From NCBI RefSeq assembly GCF_000009045.1, contig NC_000964.3:3180001-3212000 (forward strand): a stretch of DNA of 32,000 nucleotides. The letters are read 5' to 3'. The DNA is from Bacillus subtilis subsp. subtilis str. 168. Lineage in GTDB: Bacteria; Bacillota; Bacilli; Bacillales; Bacillaceae. The notes under the pieces were generated by a model that worked only from the letters and a program-made list of their open reading frames with translations, searched no databases and was not told the DNA's origin. The position numbers and the translations under genes were made by a program. This document shows, one piece after another, positions 8,414 to 17,932 of the stretch (position 1 is its first letter; each line of letters opens with the position of its first letter).

Positions 8414-9082
8414 TTGGGAAGAATTAAAAATAAGCAATTTGCCGTGATCGGGCTGGGCCGGTTTGGCGGCAGCATTTGTAAAGAACTTCATAGAATGGGG
8501 CATGAGGTCCTTGCGGTTGATATCAACGAAGAAAAGGTCAATGCATATGCTTCTTACGCCACTCATGCGGTAATTGCCAACGCCACCGAAGAAAACGAAT
8601 TGCTTTCATTAGGAATACGCAATTTTGAATATGTGATTGTTGCCATCGGAGCAAATATTCAAGCGAGTACGCTGACCACCCTATTATTAAAGGAGCTTGA
8701 TATTCCAAATATTTGGGTGAAGGCTCAAAACTATTATCATCACAAGGTGCTTGAAAAAATAGGCGCTGACCGCATTATTCATCCTGAAAAAGATATGGGG
8801 GTTAAAATCGCACAAAGCCTTTCAGACGAAAATGTTTTGAATTACATTGATCTATCTGATGAATACAGTATTGTCGAGCTGCTGGCTACGCGCAAGCTTG
8901 ATTCAAAATCGATTATTGACCTGAATGTAAGAGCAAAGTACGGCTGCACGATCCTGGCCATTAAACATCATGGAGATATCTGTCTTTCCCCCGCGCCTGA
9001 AGACATCATTCGCGAGCAAGATTGCCTGGTGATCATGGGCCACAAAAAGGATATTAAACGTTTTGAAAACGAAGGGATGTAG
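8414..9082 (+). CDS. ktrA: KtrA, RCK-domain regulatory subunit of K+ uptake system
   Basis: TTG start after SD; Rossmann RCK N domain (FAVIGLGRFGGSICKEL ... VDINEEK). Confidence 0.95.
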   Translation: MGRIKNKQFAVIGLGRFGGSICKELHRMGHEVLAVDINEEKVNAYASYATHAVIANATEENELLSLGIRNFEYVIVAIGANIQASTLTTLLLKELDIPNIWVKAQNYYHHKVLEKIGADRIIHPEKDMGVKIAQSLSDENVLNYIDLSDEYSIVELLATRKLDSKSIIDLNVRAKYGCTILAIKHHGDICLSPAPEDIIREQDCLVIMGHKKDIKRFENEGM

Positions 9083-9088
9083 ACAAAG

Positions 9089-10426
9089 GTGACACTTCAA
9101 AAGGATAAAGTGATCAAATGGGTTCGGTTTACACCGCCTCAAGTGCTTGCCATTGGTTTTTTCCTTACCATTATCATCGGGGCTGTCCTATTAATGCTTC
9201 CGATTTCCACTACGAAGCCATTGTCATGGATAGATGCCCTTTTTACTGCGGCTTCCGCTACAACTGTTACAGGGCTTGCTGTTGTCGATACCGGCACTCA
9301 ATTTACGGTATTCGGGCAAACAGTAATTATGGGGCTGATTCAGATTGGCGGGCTTGGATTTATGACATTTGCGGTCTTGATCGTCATGATATTAGGAAAA
9401 AAAATCGGCTTAAAAGAACGAATGCTCGTCCAGGAAGCCTTAAACCAGCCGACAATCGGCGGTGTCATTGGCCTTGTCAAAGTCCTGTTTCTGTTTTCGA
9501 TCAGTATTGAATTGATAGCAGCACTCATTTTATCCATCCGGCTTGTACCTCAATACGGCTGGTCATCCGGCTTGTTTGCAAGTTTGTTTCACGCAATATC
9601 TGCTTTTAACAATGCCGGGTTTTCGTTGTGGCCTGATAATTTGATGAGCTACGTTGGCGATCCTACAGTGAACCTCGTGATTACTTTCTTATTTATTACA
9701 GGAGGGATCGGATTTACGGTTCTGTTTGATGTGATGAAAAATCGGCGTTTTAAAACTTTTTCTTTACATACAAAGCTCATGCTTACAGGAACGCTGATGT
9801 TGAATGCGATCGCTATGCTTACGGTCTTTATTTTAGAATACAGCAACCCCGGCACGCTCGGCCACCTGCATATAGTGGATAAACTGTGGGCCTCCTATTT
9901 TCAGGCAGTGACGCCGAGAACCGCAGGGTTCAATTCTCTAGATTTTGGAAGCATGAGAGAAGGAACAATTGTATTTACTTTATTATTGATGTTTATCGGA
10001 GCAGGAAGCGCATCAACGGCGAGCGGCATTAAGCTGACTACGTTCATCGTGATTTTAACATCTGTTATTGCTTACTTGAGAGGTAAAAAAGAAACGGTTA
10101 TTTTCCGCCGTTCCATCAAATATCCGATTATCATTAAAGCTTTAGCTGTGAGCGTCACCAGTTTGTTCATCGTGTTTTTAGGGATTTTCGCCCTGACGAT
10201 CACAGAACAAGCGCCATTTCTTCAAATTGTGTTTGAAACCTTTTCCGCATTCGGAACTGTCGGCCTTACGATGGGGCTTACTCCTGAACTGACAACAGCT
10301 GGCAAGTGTATCATCATTGTCATCATGTTTATCGGAAGAATTGGTCCTTTAACGTTCGTGTTTTCATTCGCAAAAACAGAGCAATCAAATATCCGTTATC
10401 CTGATGGCGAAGTGTTTACAGGGTGA
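9089..10426 (+). CDS. ktrB: KtrB, K+-translocating membrane subunit
   Basis: 445 aa, GTG start; four selectivity-filter-like loops (ATTVTGL, FNNAGFS, TPRTAGFNS, FGTVGLT). Confidence 0.95.
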   Translation: MTLQKDKVIKWVRFTPPQVLAIGFFLTIIIGAVLLMLPISTTKPLSWIDALFTAASATTVTGLAVVDTGTQFTVFGQTVIMGLIQIGGLGFMTFAVLIVMILGKKIGLKERMLVQEALNQPTIGGVIGLVKVLFLFSISIELIAALILSIRLVPQYGWSSGLFASLFHAISAFNNAGFSLWPDNLMSYVGDPTVNLVITFLFITGGIGFTVLFDVMKNRRFKTFSLHTKLMLTGTLMLNAIAMLTVFILEYSNPGTLGHLHIVDKLWASYFQAVTPRTAGFNSLDFGSMREGTIVFTLLLMFIGAGSASTASGIKLTTFIVILTSVIAYLRGKKETVIFRRSIKYPIIIKALAVSVTSLFIVFLGIFALTITEQAPFLQIVFETFSAFGTVGLTMGLTPELTTAGKCIIIVIMFIGRIGPLTFVFSFAKTEQSNIRYPDGEVFTG

Positions 10427-10431
10427 TATCA

Positions 10432-10463
10432 AAAAAATCCGGCGTGCAGTCGCCGGATTTTTT
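10432..10463. terminator. Bidirectional terminator between ktrB and yubF
   Basis: AAAAAATCCGGCGtgcagtCGCCGGATTTTTT. Confidence 0.9.
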
Positions 10464-10725
10464 ATGATTCGATATGAGATTGATTTTGTCTTTTTTCCTG
10501 TTCCGCGATGATTTCGTTATCCTCCGCGTTATCACGGGTCACTTTTTGCGTAAGAATCGCACCAACTGCTACAAGTATCATAACAGCGATGTAATAACCT
10601 TTTTCATTGAGTTCCAGATTATCAGCATTATAGAGTCCGATACTAAACAAAAATACTCCCGCAAAAAAAGTAAAATAAGCTAGTACTGTAAAGGCAACCG
10701 TGTTTCTGCGTCTATATTTCTGCAC
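10462..10725 (-). CDS. yubF: Small two-helix membrane protein (YiaA/YiaB-like)
   Basis: 87 aa, two hydrophobic helices (FTVLAYFTFFAGVFLFSIGLY; GYYIAVMILVAVGAILTQK); SD GGGAGGGAAC upstream. Confidence 0.75.
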   Translation of the reverse strand: MQKYRRRNTVAFTVLAYFTFFAGVFLFSIGLYNADNLELNEKGYYIAVMILVAVGAILTQKVTRDNAEDNEIIAEQEKRQNQSHIES

Positions 10726-10833
10726 CTTTGTTCCCTCCCGAAAGCATAGTTAAAAAGTGATAACTTCCGTGGAATATTATACCTCAAATTCCCCGGAATG
10801 GAACAAAGAATTAAAAATACCAGTAAAAAGGGC

Positions 10834-11682
10834 TTAGGTTGCCTCCTTTATTTCAACAGCTGAATCATCAATCCAGCCGATAAGTTTATCATTGATTTGG
10901 AATTGGTACCATACAGACTGGCCTTTCTGTTTTTTAGACACAACCTTTATGTCTTTGCCGACGTAAGATTGGGCAGAGGTAAGCCTTATGGACCGATCAT
11001 CAGTAGAAGGCTTGGACCATACGTCTTGAACGGCACTGTCTTTAATAGAGGCGTTTAAATCCACAGATTTGAGGGATGGATTTACCTCATCGTACTCATC
11101 TAAATCGTATTTTTCCACAATAGCGCTGATTTTGTCAGCGTAGTCAGGGTCTGTAGCATATCCTGATGTTTGCAGGGCGGTTGCCGCTTCCTTATAATTC
11201 CCTGCCTCAAGCACCGGTTTATACTTCTTTTTATTCCACGATGTGCCACGGACGAACAATTGGGCGTGATCATCCATAGATTCAAAAAACGTGCTGTATT
11301 TTCGAAACTTCGCGCGAATGGTTTTTCTTTTCCCTTTTTCAACTTCGTCCGTTTCCATCGTGACATGATGGCCTTTATAATTCCCTTTTACGCCAAAAAG
11401 GTTGTTGGCCTTAGCAGCCAGTTCACTGTTCCCCCAGTCCGATTCGAGAATGGCCTGAGCAATTGTGATGCTGGGGAGAACATGGTATTTTTCATACAAA
11501 ATTTGGGCATGTCCGGACAGACTGTCTATAAATACTTGCTGTTCATCGATTTCTTCAGTTTCTTTGGATATTTCAATCGGTTTTGATAAAGTTGTCGCTA
11601 AAACAAACAGAGCTAGCGGAATCGATACAAGGAAAAATAGTGAAATCAAGAGTTTACGTTTTTTAAGTTTTTTACGGGCCAT
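10834..11682 (-). CDS. lytG: LytG exo-glucosaminidase (GH73), C-terminal GW/SH3-like module
   Basis: 282 aa from MARKKLKKRK with SD GGAAGG; glucosaminidase motif AILESDWGNSELAAKANNLFGVKG; 68-aa track extension rejected. Confidence 0.92.
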   Translation of the reverse strand: MARKKLKKRKLLISLFFLVSIPLALFVLATTLSKPIEISKETEEIDEQQVFIDSLSGHAQILYEKYHVLPSITIAQAILESDWGNSELAAKANNLFGVKGNYKGHHVTMETDEVEKGKRKTIRAKFRKYSTFFESMDDHAQLFVRGTSWNKKKYKPVLEAGNYKEAATALQTSGYATDPDYADKISAIVEKYDLDEYDEVNPSLKSVDLNASIKDSAVQDVWSKPSTDDRSIRLTSAQSYVGKDIKVVSKKQKGQSVWYQFQINDKLIGWIDDSAVEIKEAT

Positions 11683-11801
11683 GAAAACCTTCCTTCGAAT
11701 TAAAAGATTACGAATGTAAAAGAATCTACCTTTTAGAATTTTACTTGCACTTCTAATATTTTTCAATTCTTTAGGGATAAAGTTGGGAAAAGATTGCAAA
11801 A

Positions 11802-11834
11802 TAAAAACCTTTTCGCTCAATGAAAAGGTTTTTA
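11802..11834 (-). terminator. Terminator of yubD
   Basis: TAAAAACCTTTTc...GAAAAGGTTTTTA with T-run on the minus strand. Confidence 0.75.
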
Positions 11835-11842
11835 CCATGTTT

Positions 11843-13378
11843 CTATTTTTGTAAATTTCTGAGTGCATTCCGATATTCCGTATCATTTATTACTTTATAT
11901 GATTTGACAGTTGCCTTCGACAAACCTTGTGCTGAGACGGCCGGTTTTTCCGGAGCTGTTTTCGCTTTATCATGTGGTTTATGTGCCAGCTTGTGCCCCA
12001 TTCCAGTGGCATTCATACAAAATGACAGGCAGACGAGCAGCACGCTAAGGATAAAAGAAATGAAGAAGAGATCATGATAAGCAGTCATCATAGAATCCTG
12101 TACCGAACCGCTTTGTCTGGCAGCATCTTTTTTCGTGAAAAAGCCGATGAGAATGGGAACTCCCATATAGACAAACAATCTTAAAAACTGAACAGCTGTC
12201 ATTCTCTTGACCAAATCAGGCAGCGGGCCTCCCATGGCAGCTCCCATCAGCCCTGCGGCGACTGTCAGGCCTGTTCCCGCTGCAAGCATGATAAACAGTG
12301 CCGCGAACATATAAAGAGATGATCGATCCTGTATATGCAGCCATTGAAAATTCACAAAAACGAGAATGAGTCCGCCGATAATACCGAGCATCCCTGGTCC
12401 GACTTTATCGTATAACAGAGCGCTCAAAATGGCCGCGATCGCCACTCCGATTAAAAGAGTCAAGCTTAAAAGAATGAGATGCTCCTGAGAAATATCATAC
12501 ATTTGACGGAGCAAGCCTTGAAAAGCAGAAAGGCTGACAGCTACCGTTATCGTCCCTGCAGCTATGATCAATAAGCCGAGCACCGGTTTTGGCAGCAGCA
12601 TCAGTTTAATAGATATGAAGGGGTTTTTCACTTTATATTCCACAATCAATAGACCAATGAGCAAACATAACGTCACCCCGAAACCAATCCATACATAACC
12701 CGATGACAGCCCCCATTTTTGCAGAAAAATGAATGAAACCGCTGAGGCTGCGGCAAGGAAGACAGATAAAAGAATTCCCGCACGATCAAGCGGCTGTTCT
12801 TGATCCGCCGCTCCGTGATGCTCATCATGAAGAAAGAAATAGCTCACCGCGACACCGATCAGGGACAAGGTGCCAAAGATGAAAAACAGCCATCTCCAAT
12901 GCCCGCAGCTTGTTGCAATGGTTCCCAGGATTGTACCGATGATAACAGAACCATAGAATCCCCCGATCAGCACAAGCAGTGCATAGTTCCTGCGTTCAAT
13001 CGGGAATGACAGTACAAGCATTGGAATCATAATCATCAGCATGACGCCTGTTGCCGCCCCTTGTAAAAAGCGCCCTGCCGCCATCAATGCAATATCGCCT
13101 GAACATGCGATGAGCAGTGAGCCTAGTATAAAGACAGGTAATGAAGCCAGATAGACGGGACGAGCACCGAATTTTTTCCTCAGCAGCGGTCCTGCCGGAA
13201 CTAACAAGGCAAAGGCCATATTGCCGATCAATATCGGATTTACTGATGTAAAGACACTTGTTCCAACCGTTTTCTGAACAAGGCCTTGAACTGACGACAA
13301 TGCCGTGTTAGACATCAATCCCGGCCCGACCGCTAAGACGGCGAGCAAAGAAATCACCCAATAGTGTTTTGTCTTCAT
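11843..13378 (-). CDS. yubD: MFS drug:H+ antiporter-like transporter (DHA2-type)
   Basis: 511 aa from MKTKHYWVISLL; many TM helices, motifs RKKFGARPVYL and GRFLQGAATGVML. Confidence 0.88.
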   Translation of the reverse strand: MKTKHYWVISLLAVLAVGPGLMSNTALSSVQGLVQKTVGTSVFTSVNPILIGNMAFALLVPAGPLLRKKFGARPVYLASLPVFILGSLLIACSGDIALMAAGRFLQGAATGVMLMIMIPMLVLSFPIERRNYALLVLIGGFYGSVIIGTILGTIATSCGHWRWLFFIFGTLSLIGVAVSYFFLHDEHHGAADQEQPLDRAGILLSVFLAAASAVSFIFLQKWGLSSGYVWIGFGVTLCLLIGLLIVEYKVKNPFISIKLMLLPKPVLGLLIIAAGTITVAVSLSAFQGLLRQMYDISQEHLILLSLTLLIGVAIAAILSALLYDKVGPGMLGIIGGLILVFVNFQWLHIQDRSSLYMFAALFIMLAAGTGLTVAAGLMGAAMGGPLPDLVKRMTAVQFLRLFVYMGVPILIGFFTKKDAARQSGSVQDSMMTAYHDLFFISFILSVLLVCLSFCMNATGMGHKLAHKPHDKAKTAPEKPAVSAQGLSKATVKSYKVINDTEYRNALRNLQK

Positions 13379-13514
13379 GTTGTCATCCCTTCCTATATGA
13401 ATACATGCGAAACACATCATTTTTTGAAAACAAAAGAAGCTAATAGATTTTGCATACCATTAGCTTTCATTCTAATATTCTCCCTTTCAGGGGAAATGAT
13501 ATTATTTTATTATA

Positions 13515-13543
13515 ATTATGTGAATGAATGAGCATATAATCAA
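13515..13543 (-). promoter_or_regulatory. Candidate sigA promoter of yubD
   Basis: Minus strand TTGATT-N17-CATAAT. Confidence 0.45.
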
Positions 13544-13847
13544 ATATTATTTCAAATCGATTGTGTTTTGTCAATGGAGTAAATTTCAAGCACAACATAG
13601 AAAGCTTGAAAGCTTTTCCCCGATATTGTGTCTAGAACTGCACTTATGAATCCCTGCTCGTTCCCTCAAGCGAATTAAAGCAGGCCGTTTTAATCCTTTC
13701 AATCCACTATTCCAACTAATAAACTCAAATAAGTTGGTGATAAGACAACATTTTACCCCCACATTTTTTTGTGTTCACTGGGCGTTTGCCGCCTCTAAAT
13801 TGTATATGGGTAAATACCATGAATTAACCTATGAAATACCAATGTAA

Positions 13848-14348
<501 letters not shown>

Positions 14349-14424
14349 TTGACAGATAAACTGCTCACTTTGACTTCACTCAACTGGAGGATTCAGAGAA
14401 TGAAACCTTTTCCTCAAAACAAAA

Positions 14425-14447
14425 AAACCCTTATCGAATAAGGGTTT
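14425..14447 (-). terminator. Terminator of tRNA-Ala
   Basis: AAACCCTTAT-cga-ATAAGGGTTT with poly-A on plus strand (T-run on minus). Confidence 0.85.
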
Positions 14448-14454
14448 AAAGGTA

Positions 14455-14527
14455 TGGAGCCAAGGGGGCTCGAACCCCTGACCTCTACGCTGCCAGCGTA
14501 GCGCTCTCCCAGCTGAGCTATGGCCCC
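14455..14527 (-). tRNA. tRNA-Ala (anticodon GGC)
   Basis: Minus strand GGGGCCATAGCTCAGCTGGGAGAGCGCTACGCTGGCAGCGTAGAGGTCAGGGGTTCGAGCCCCCTTGGCTCCA folds as a cloverleaf; anticodon loop CTGGCAG; no encoded CCA. Confidence 0.97.
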
Positions 14528-14545
14528 GTATGTAACGTCATGTTT

Positions 14546-14574
14546 ATTATAGATGATTTTATTTTGAAAAACAA
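14546..14574 (-). promoter_or_regulatory. Promoter of tRNA-Ala
   Basis: Minus strand TTGTTT-N17-TATAAT, about 18 nt upstream of the tRNA 5' end. Confidence 0.7.
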
Positions 14575-14600
14575 GCTGTTTCCTCTTGAATTGACAGAAA

Positions 14601-14628
14601 AAATAAGGCTCGGAAAAGAGCCTTATTT
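14601..14628 (-). terminator. Terminator of uppP
   Basis: AAATAAGGCTCggaaaaGAGCCTTATTT. Confidence 0.85.
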
Positions 14629-14634
14629 TTCGAC

Positions 14635-15465
14635 TTACATCATGATCAAAAGTAAAATCACACCGAGAATAATTCGATAGATTGCAAATGGGACAAGTTT
14701 GATTTTGTTAATCAGCCTTAAGAAGAAACGGACGACAAACAGTGCGACCACAAAGGCACAGATAAAGCCGACGATGAAAAACGGCATCAGATCCGAACTT
14801 AAGCTGTCCCAATGCTTCACGAGGCTTAGAAAGCTGGCTCCCATCATGATCGGCATCGCCATAATAAACGTAAAGTCGGCTGCAGCTCGGTGGTTTAATC
14901 CGAGAATAACACCGCCGGAAATGGTTGAACCCGAACGCGAGAAACCAGGCCAAAGGGAAAGACATTGGAATAAGCCGACGGCTATCGCCTGTTTATAGGA
15001 AATGCGGTCGAGTGTGTCTGTCGCTGTTTTCCGTTTATTGACCCAGTCAGCAAAAAGCATGAGGATTGCCCCGGCAATTAAACCGATGGCCACAGTTTTA
15101 ACGGAAAATAAATATTCATCAATGTAATCTTCAAACAAAAAGCCGAGAACAGCTGCAGGCACGAGTCCGACGGCAATTTGGGCAATGCTTAATTTATGTC
15201 CCTGCTCCTGGTCGCTTGTAATATTTTTTTTCAAGCCCAGTAAATTTAAAATTCGGTCTTTAAACACGATAGCTACTGCTAAAATGGAGCCTAGCTGAAT
15301 AACCACCTTGAATGAGTTAGCAGCTTCTTCTGACATCAGATTACTTGATTTTAGCCAGATGTCGTCTACTATGATCATATGTCCTGTCGAAGAAACCGGC
15401 GCGTACTCTGTTAATCCTTCTACGATTCCTAAAATGGCGGCTACAAACAATTCCCATAGAGTCAT
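14635..15465 (-). CDS. uppP: Undecaprenyl-diphosphatase UppP (BacA family)
   Basis: 276 aa from MTLWELFVAAILGIVEGLTEYAPVSSTGH; motifs EYAPVSSTGH and GFSRSGSTI. Confidence 0.93.
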   Translation of the reverse strand: MTLWELFVAAILGIVEGLTEYAPVSSTGHMIIVDDIWLKSSNLMSEEAANSFKVVIQLGSILAVAIVFKDRILNLLGLKKNITSDQEQGHKLSIAQIAVGLVPAAVLGFLFEDYIDEYLFSVKTVAIGLIAGAILMLFADWVNKRKTATDTLDRISYKQAIAVGLFQCLSLWPGFSRSGSTISGGVILGLNHRAAADFTFIMAMPIMMGASFLSLVKHWDSLSSDLMPFFIVGFICAFVVALFVVRFFLRLINKIKLVPFAIYRIILGVILLLIMM

Positions 15466-15557
15466 GATTTTGATTCTCCCCATTAGACATTTATTTTTTT
15501 ACATAACGGGAGCTTCCCATAAATGGAAAGCCCGTCTTATATAACTATAAACGAAAA

Positions 15558-16724
15558 TCACACTTTATGCCCCGGCGTATTTTCATTTTTTTCTTCATCG
15601 TATAAATGTGACTGCATTTTAAACCAGTCAAATAAATGTGTCGTAATGACTTTGGCAACCGCATAGCCGGGAATCGCAAGAATGATTCCAACAACGCCAA
15701 ACAGCTTGCCGGCTGTTAACAGCAGAAAAATAATCGTAATCGGATGGATGTGAAGGTTTTTTCCCATAATTTGCGGAGAGATCAGCTTCCCTTCAATCAG
15801 CTGAACAATCGTCCAAACGATCACCAGCTTAAGCAGCATGAGCGGCGATGTCACTATGGCAATGATAATCGCAGGCGTAATGGCAATCGTTGGCCCTAAA
15901 TATGGAACGATGCTTGTGCAAGCCGCAATGACTGCAAGCAATGAAGCATAATCCAGCCCGATAATCAAATAACCGATAAACAGCAAAAACCCGATACAGA
16001 AGCTGACAATGATCTGGCCTCTGATATAAGAGCTTAACCGATGATTCATTTCGCTTAAGACTGTATATGTCTGTTCTTTCAATCGAGTCGGCACAAACTT
16101 CAGTATGTAGACCGGTAATTTTCTTCCGTCTTTTAGCAAATAAAATAGAATAAACGGAACCGTGACGATCGAAATGATAATCTCAGTCAGTGCGCCGATA
16201 AAATTCCCAACACCGGTAAAGGTGCTGTTCACGATCGTCGCTGCCTGATCCGAAACCTTTGTAGCAAGATCAGATATATTAATGTTCATCGTTTGCTGGG
16301 CCTGATTGACGAAGTTGCTGCCAATCAGCTGTTTCGTCTGATTTTCTACGACGTCCACATATCTCGGGATATTGTCAATCAAACTCATAATTTGTTCTTT
16401 TAAGAAGGGAATGATCGACACGATCGTGATCGTGATCAGCCCGATAACCAATAGGTATAGCAGCAATATAGAATAGATTCTTCTTATTCTTCTTCTCTCC
16501 AGAAAATCGACGACTGGGTTTAACAGATAAAAAACAATGCCTGTCAAAATAATCGGAAGTGATATCGTTTTGAGCAGAACAATAATCGGGGTGAAAATAA
16601 ATGATGTTTTTGTAAATACTAGAATATTTAAACCAATCAGCAGCAGCACAAGCAAAAATAAAACAAACTTATTATCCAAGAAGAATCGCTTGAATCTGCC
16701 GCTCCATGTTTGCAACGTCTCCAC
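15558..16724 (-). CDS. yubA: AI-2E/PerM-family membrane transporter YubA; GTG start
   Basis: Multi-TM protein with PerM-type C-terminus ([15 protein letters not shown]-like [16 protein letters not shown]; [16 protein letters not shown]); GTG at 16724 preceded by GGAGG. Confidence 0.88.
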
Positions 16725-16905
16725 TATCGTTCCTCCGTCATACATAGTTTAATTAAATTGTACACTATCGTCCCTATAATGAAAAATAAAAACCGTTAAT
16801 TGCTGGAAAAGCTTTCTCGGTTTTAACATTCTATTTATATCTATCATGTGATTTTGTTCTTTTTAAGCTATAATTTAGCTATATCATGCAAAAGGAGCGA
16901 TACGA

Positions 16906-17892
16906 GTGATACGTTTTGCAATAATAGGAACCAACTGGATTACAGACCGCTTTCTTGAGTCAGCAGCGGATATCGAAGATTTTCAGCTGACTGCTGTTTA
17001 TTCAAGATCGGCTGAACGCGCTGGCGAGTTTGCTGCTAAACACAACGCTGCGCATGCCTTCTCAGACCTTCAGGAAATGGCGGCGAGCGATTGCTTTGAT
17101 GCCGTATACATAGCGAGCCCGAACGCTCTTCACAAGGAACAAGCCGTTCTCTTTATGAACCATGGCAAGCATGTGCTTTGTGAGAAGCCGTTTGCTTCGA
17201 ATACAAAAGAAACAGAAGAGATGATCTCAGCGGCTAAGGCAAACGGCGTTGTTCTCATGGAAGCAATGAAGACCACTTTCCTGCCGAATTTCAAAGAACT
17301 GAAAAAACACCTGCATAAAATCGGCACTGTCCGCAGATTTACCGCAAGCTACTGCCAGTATTCCTCACGATATGACGCGTTCAGAAGCGGAACTGTTTTG
17401 AATGCGTTTCAGCCTGAGCTTTCCAATGGGTCATTAATGGATATTGGCGTCTATTGTATTTATCCGGCTGTTGTGTTGTTTGGCGCGCCGAAGGATGTAA
17501 AAGCAAACGGATATGCTTTATCCTCCGGAGTGGACGGAGAAGGAACTGTCATTCTGTCTTACGACGGGTTCGAAGCTGTTCTGATGCATTCCAAAATCTC
17601 TACTTCCTATGCCCCGGCTGAAATCCAGGGTGAAGACGGGACGATTGTAATCGATACGATTCACCGGCCTGAACGTGTTGAAATCCGCTACCGGGACGGC
17701 CGCCTTGAAAACATCGCGATCCCTGATCCTAAACCGGCGATGTTCTATGAAGCAGAAGAATTTGTCACGCTTATAAAAGAGAATAAGCTGGAATCTGAAG
17801 AAAATACATTTGAACGGTCTTTGACCACCGCAAAAATTATGGAAGAAGCAAGAAAGCAAATGGGGATTGTATACCCTGCTGATCAAGCTTAA
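16906..17892 (+). CDS. yulF: Gfo/Idh/MocA-family oxidoreductase
   Basis: 328 aa, GTG start after AAAGGAG; motifs RFAIIGTNWIT, YIASPNALH, HVLCEKPF. Confidence 0.9.
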   Translation: MIRFAIIGTNWITDRFLESAADIEDFQLTAVYSRSAERAGEFAAKHNAAHAFSDLQEMAASDCFDAVYIASPNALHKEQAVLFMNHGKHVLCEKPFASNTKETEEMISAAKANGVVLMEAMKTTFLPNFKELKKHLHKIGTVRRFTASYCQYSSRYDAFRSGTVLNAFQPELSNGSLMDIGVYCIYPAVVLFGAPKDVKANGYALSSGVDGEGTVILSYDGFEAVLMHSKISTSYAPAEIQGEDGTIVIDTIHRPERVEIRYRDGRLENIAIPDPKPAMFYEAEEFVTLIKENKLESEENTFERSLTTAKIMEEARKQMGIVYPADQA

Positions 17893-17931
17893 AAAAATCC
17901 GCCCGCGTGCAAATGCCGCGGCGGATTTTTT
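17892..17931. terminator. Bidirectional terminator between yulF and rhaA
   Basis: AAAAAATCCGCC ... GGCGGATTTTTT between convergent genes. Confidence 0.85.
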
Positions 17932-17932
17932 A

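Noticed and set aside
9340-9855. Minus-strand ORFs (65 and 68 aa) inside ktrB
   Set aside because: Antisense of a strongly supported membrane protein gene, no SD or promoter.
11683-11886. 68-aa N-terminal extension of LytG
   Set aside because: Runs through the yubD terminator hairpin; the SD and membrane anchor fit MARKKLKKRK.
13379-13420. 14-aa extension of YubD (MMCFACIHIGRDDN)
   Set aside because: The MKTKHYWVISLL start is preceded by GGGATGACAAC and gives a normal first TM helix.
14455-14527. tRNA-Ala considered as an attachment site for an integrated island
   Set aside because: No integrase, no duplicated tRNA 3' end seen in the window, and housekeeping genes on both sides.
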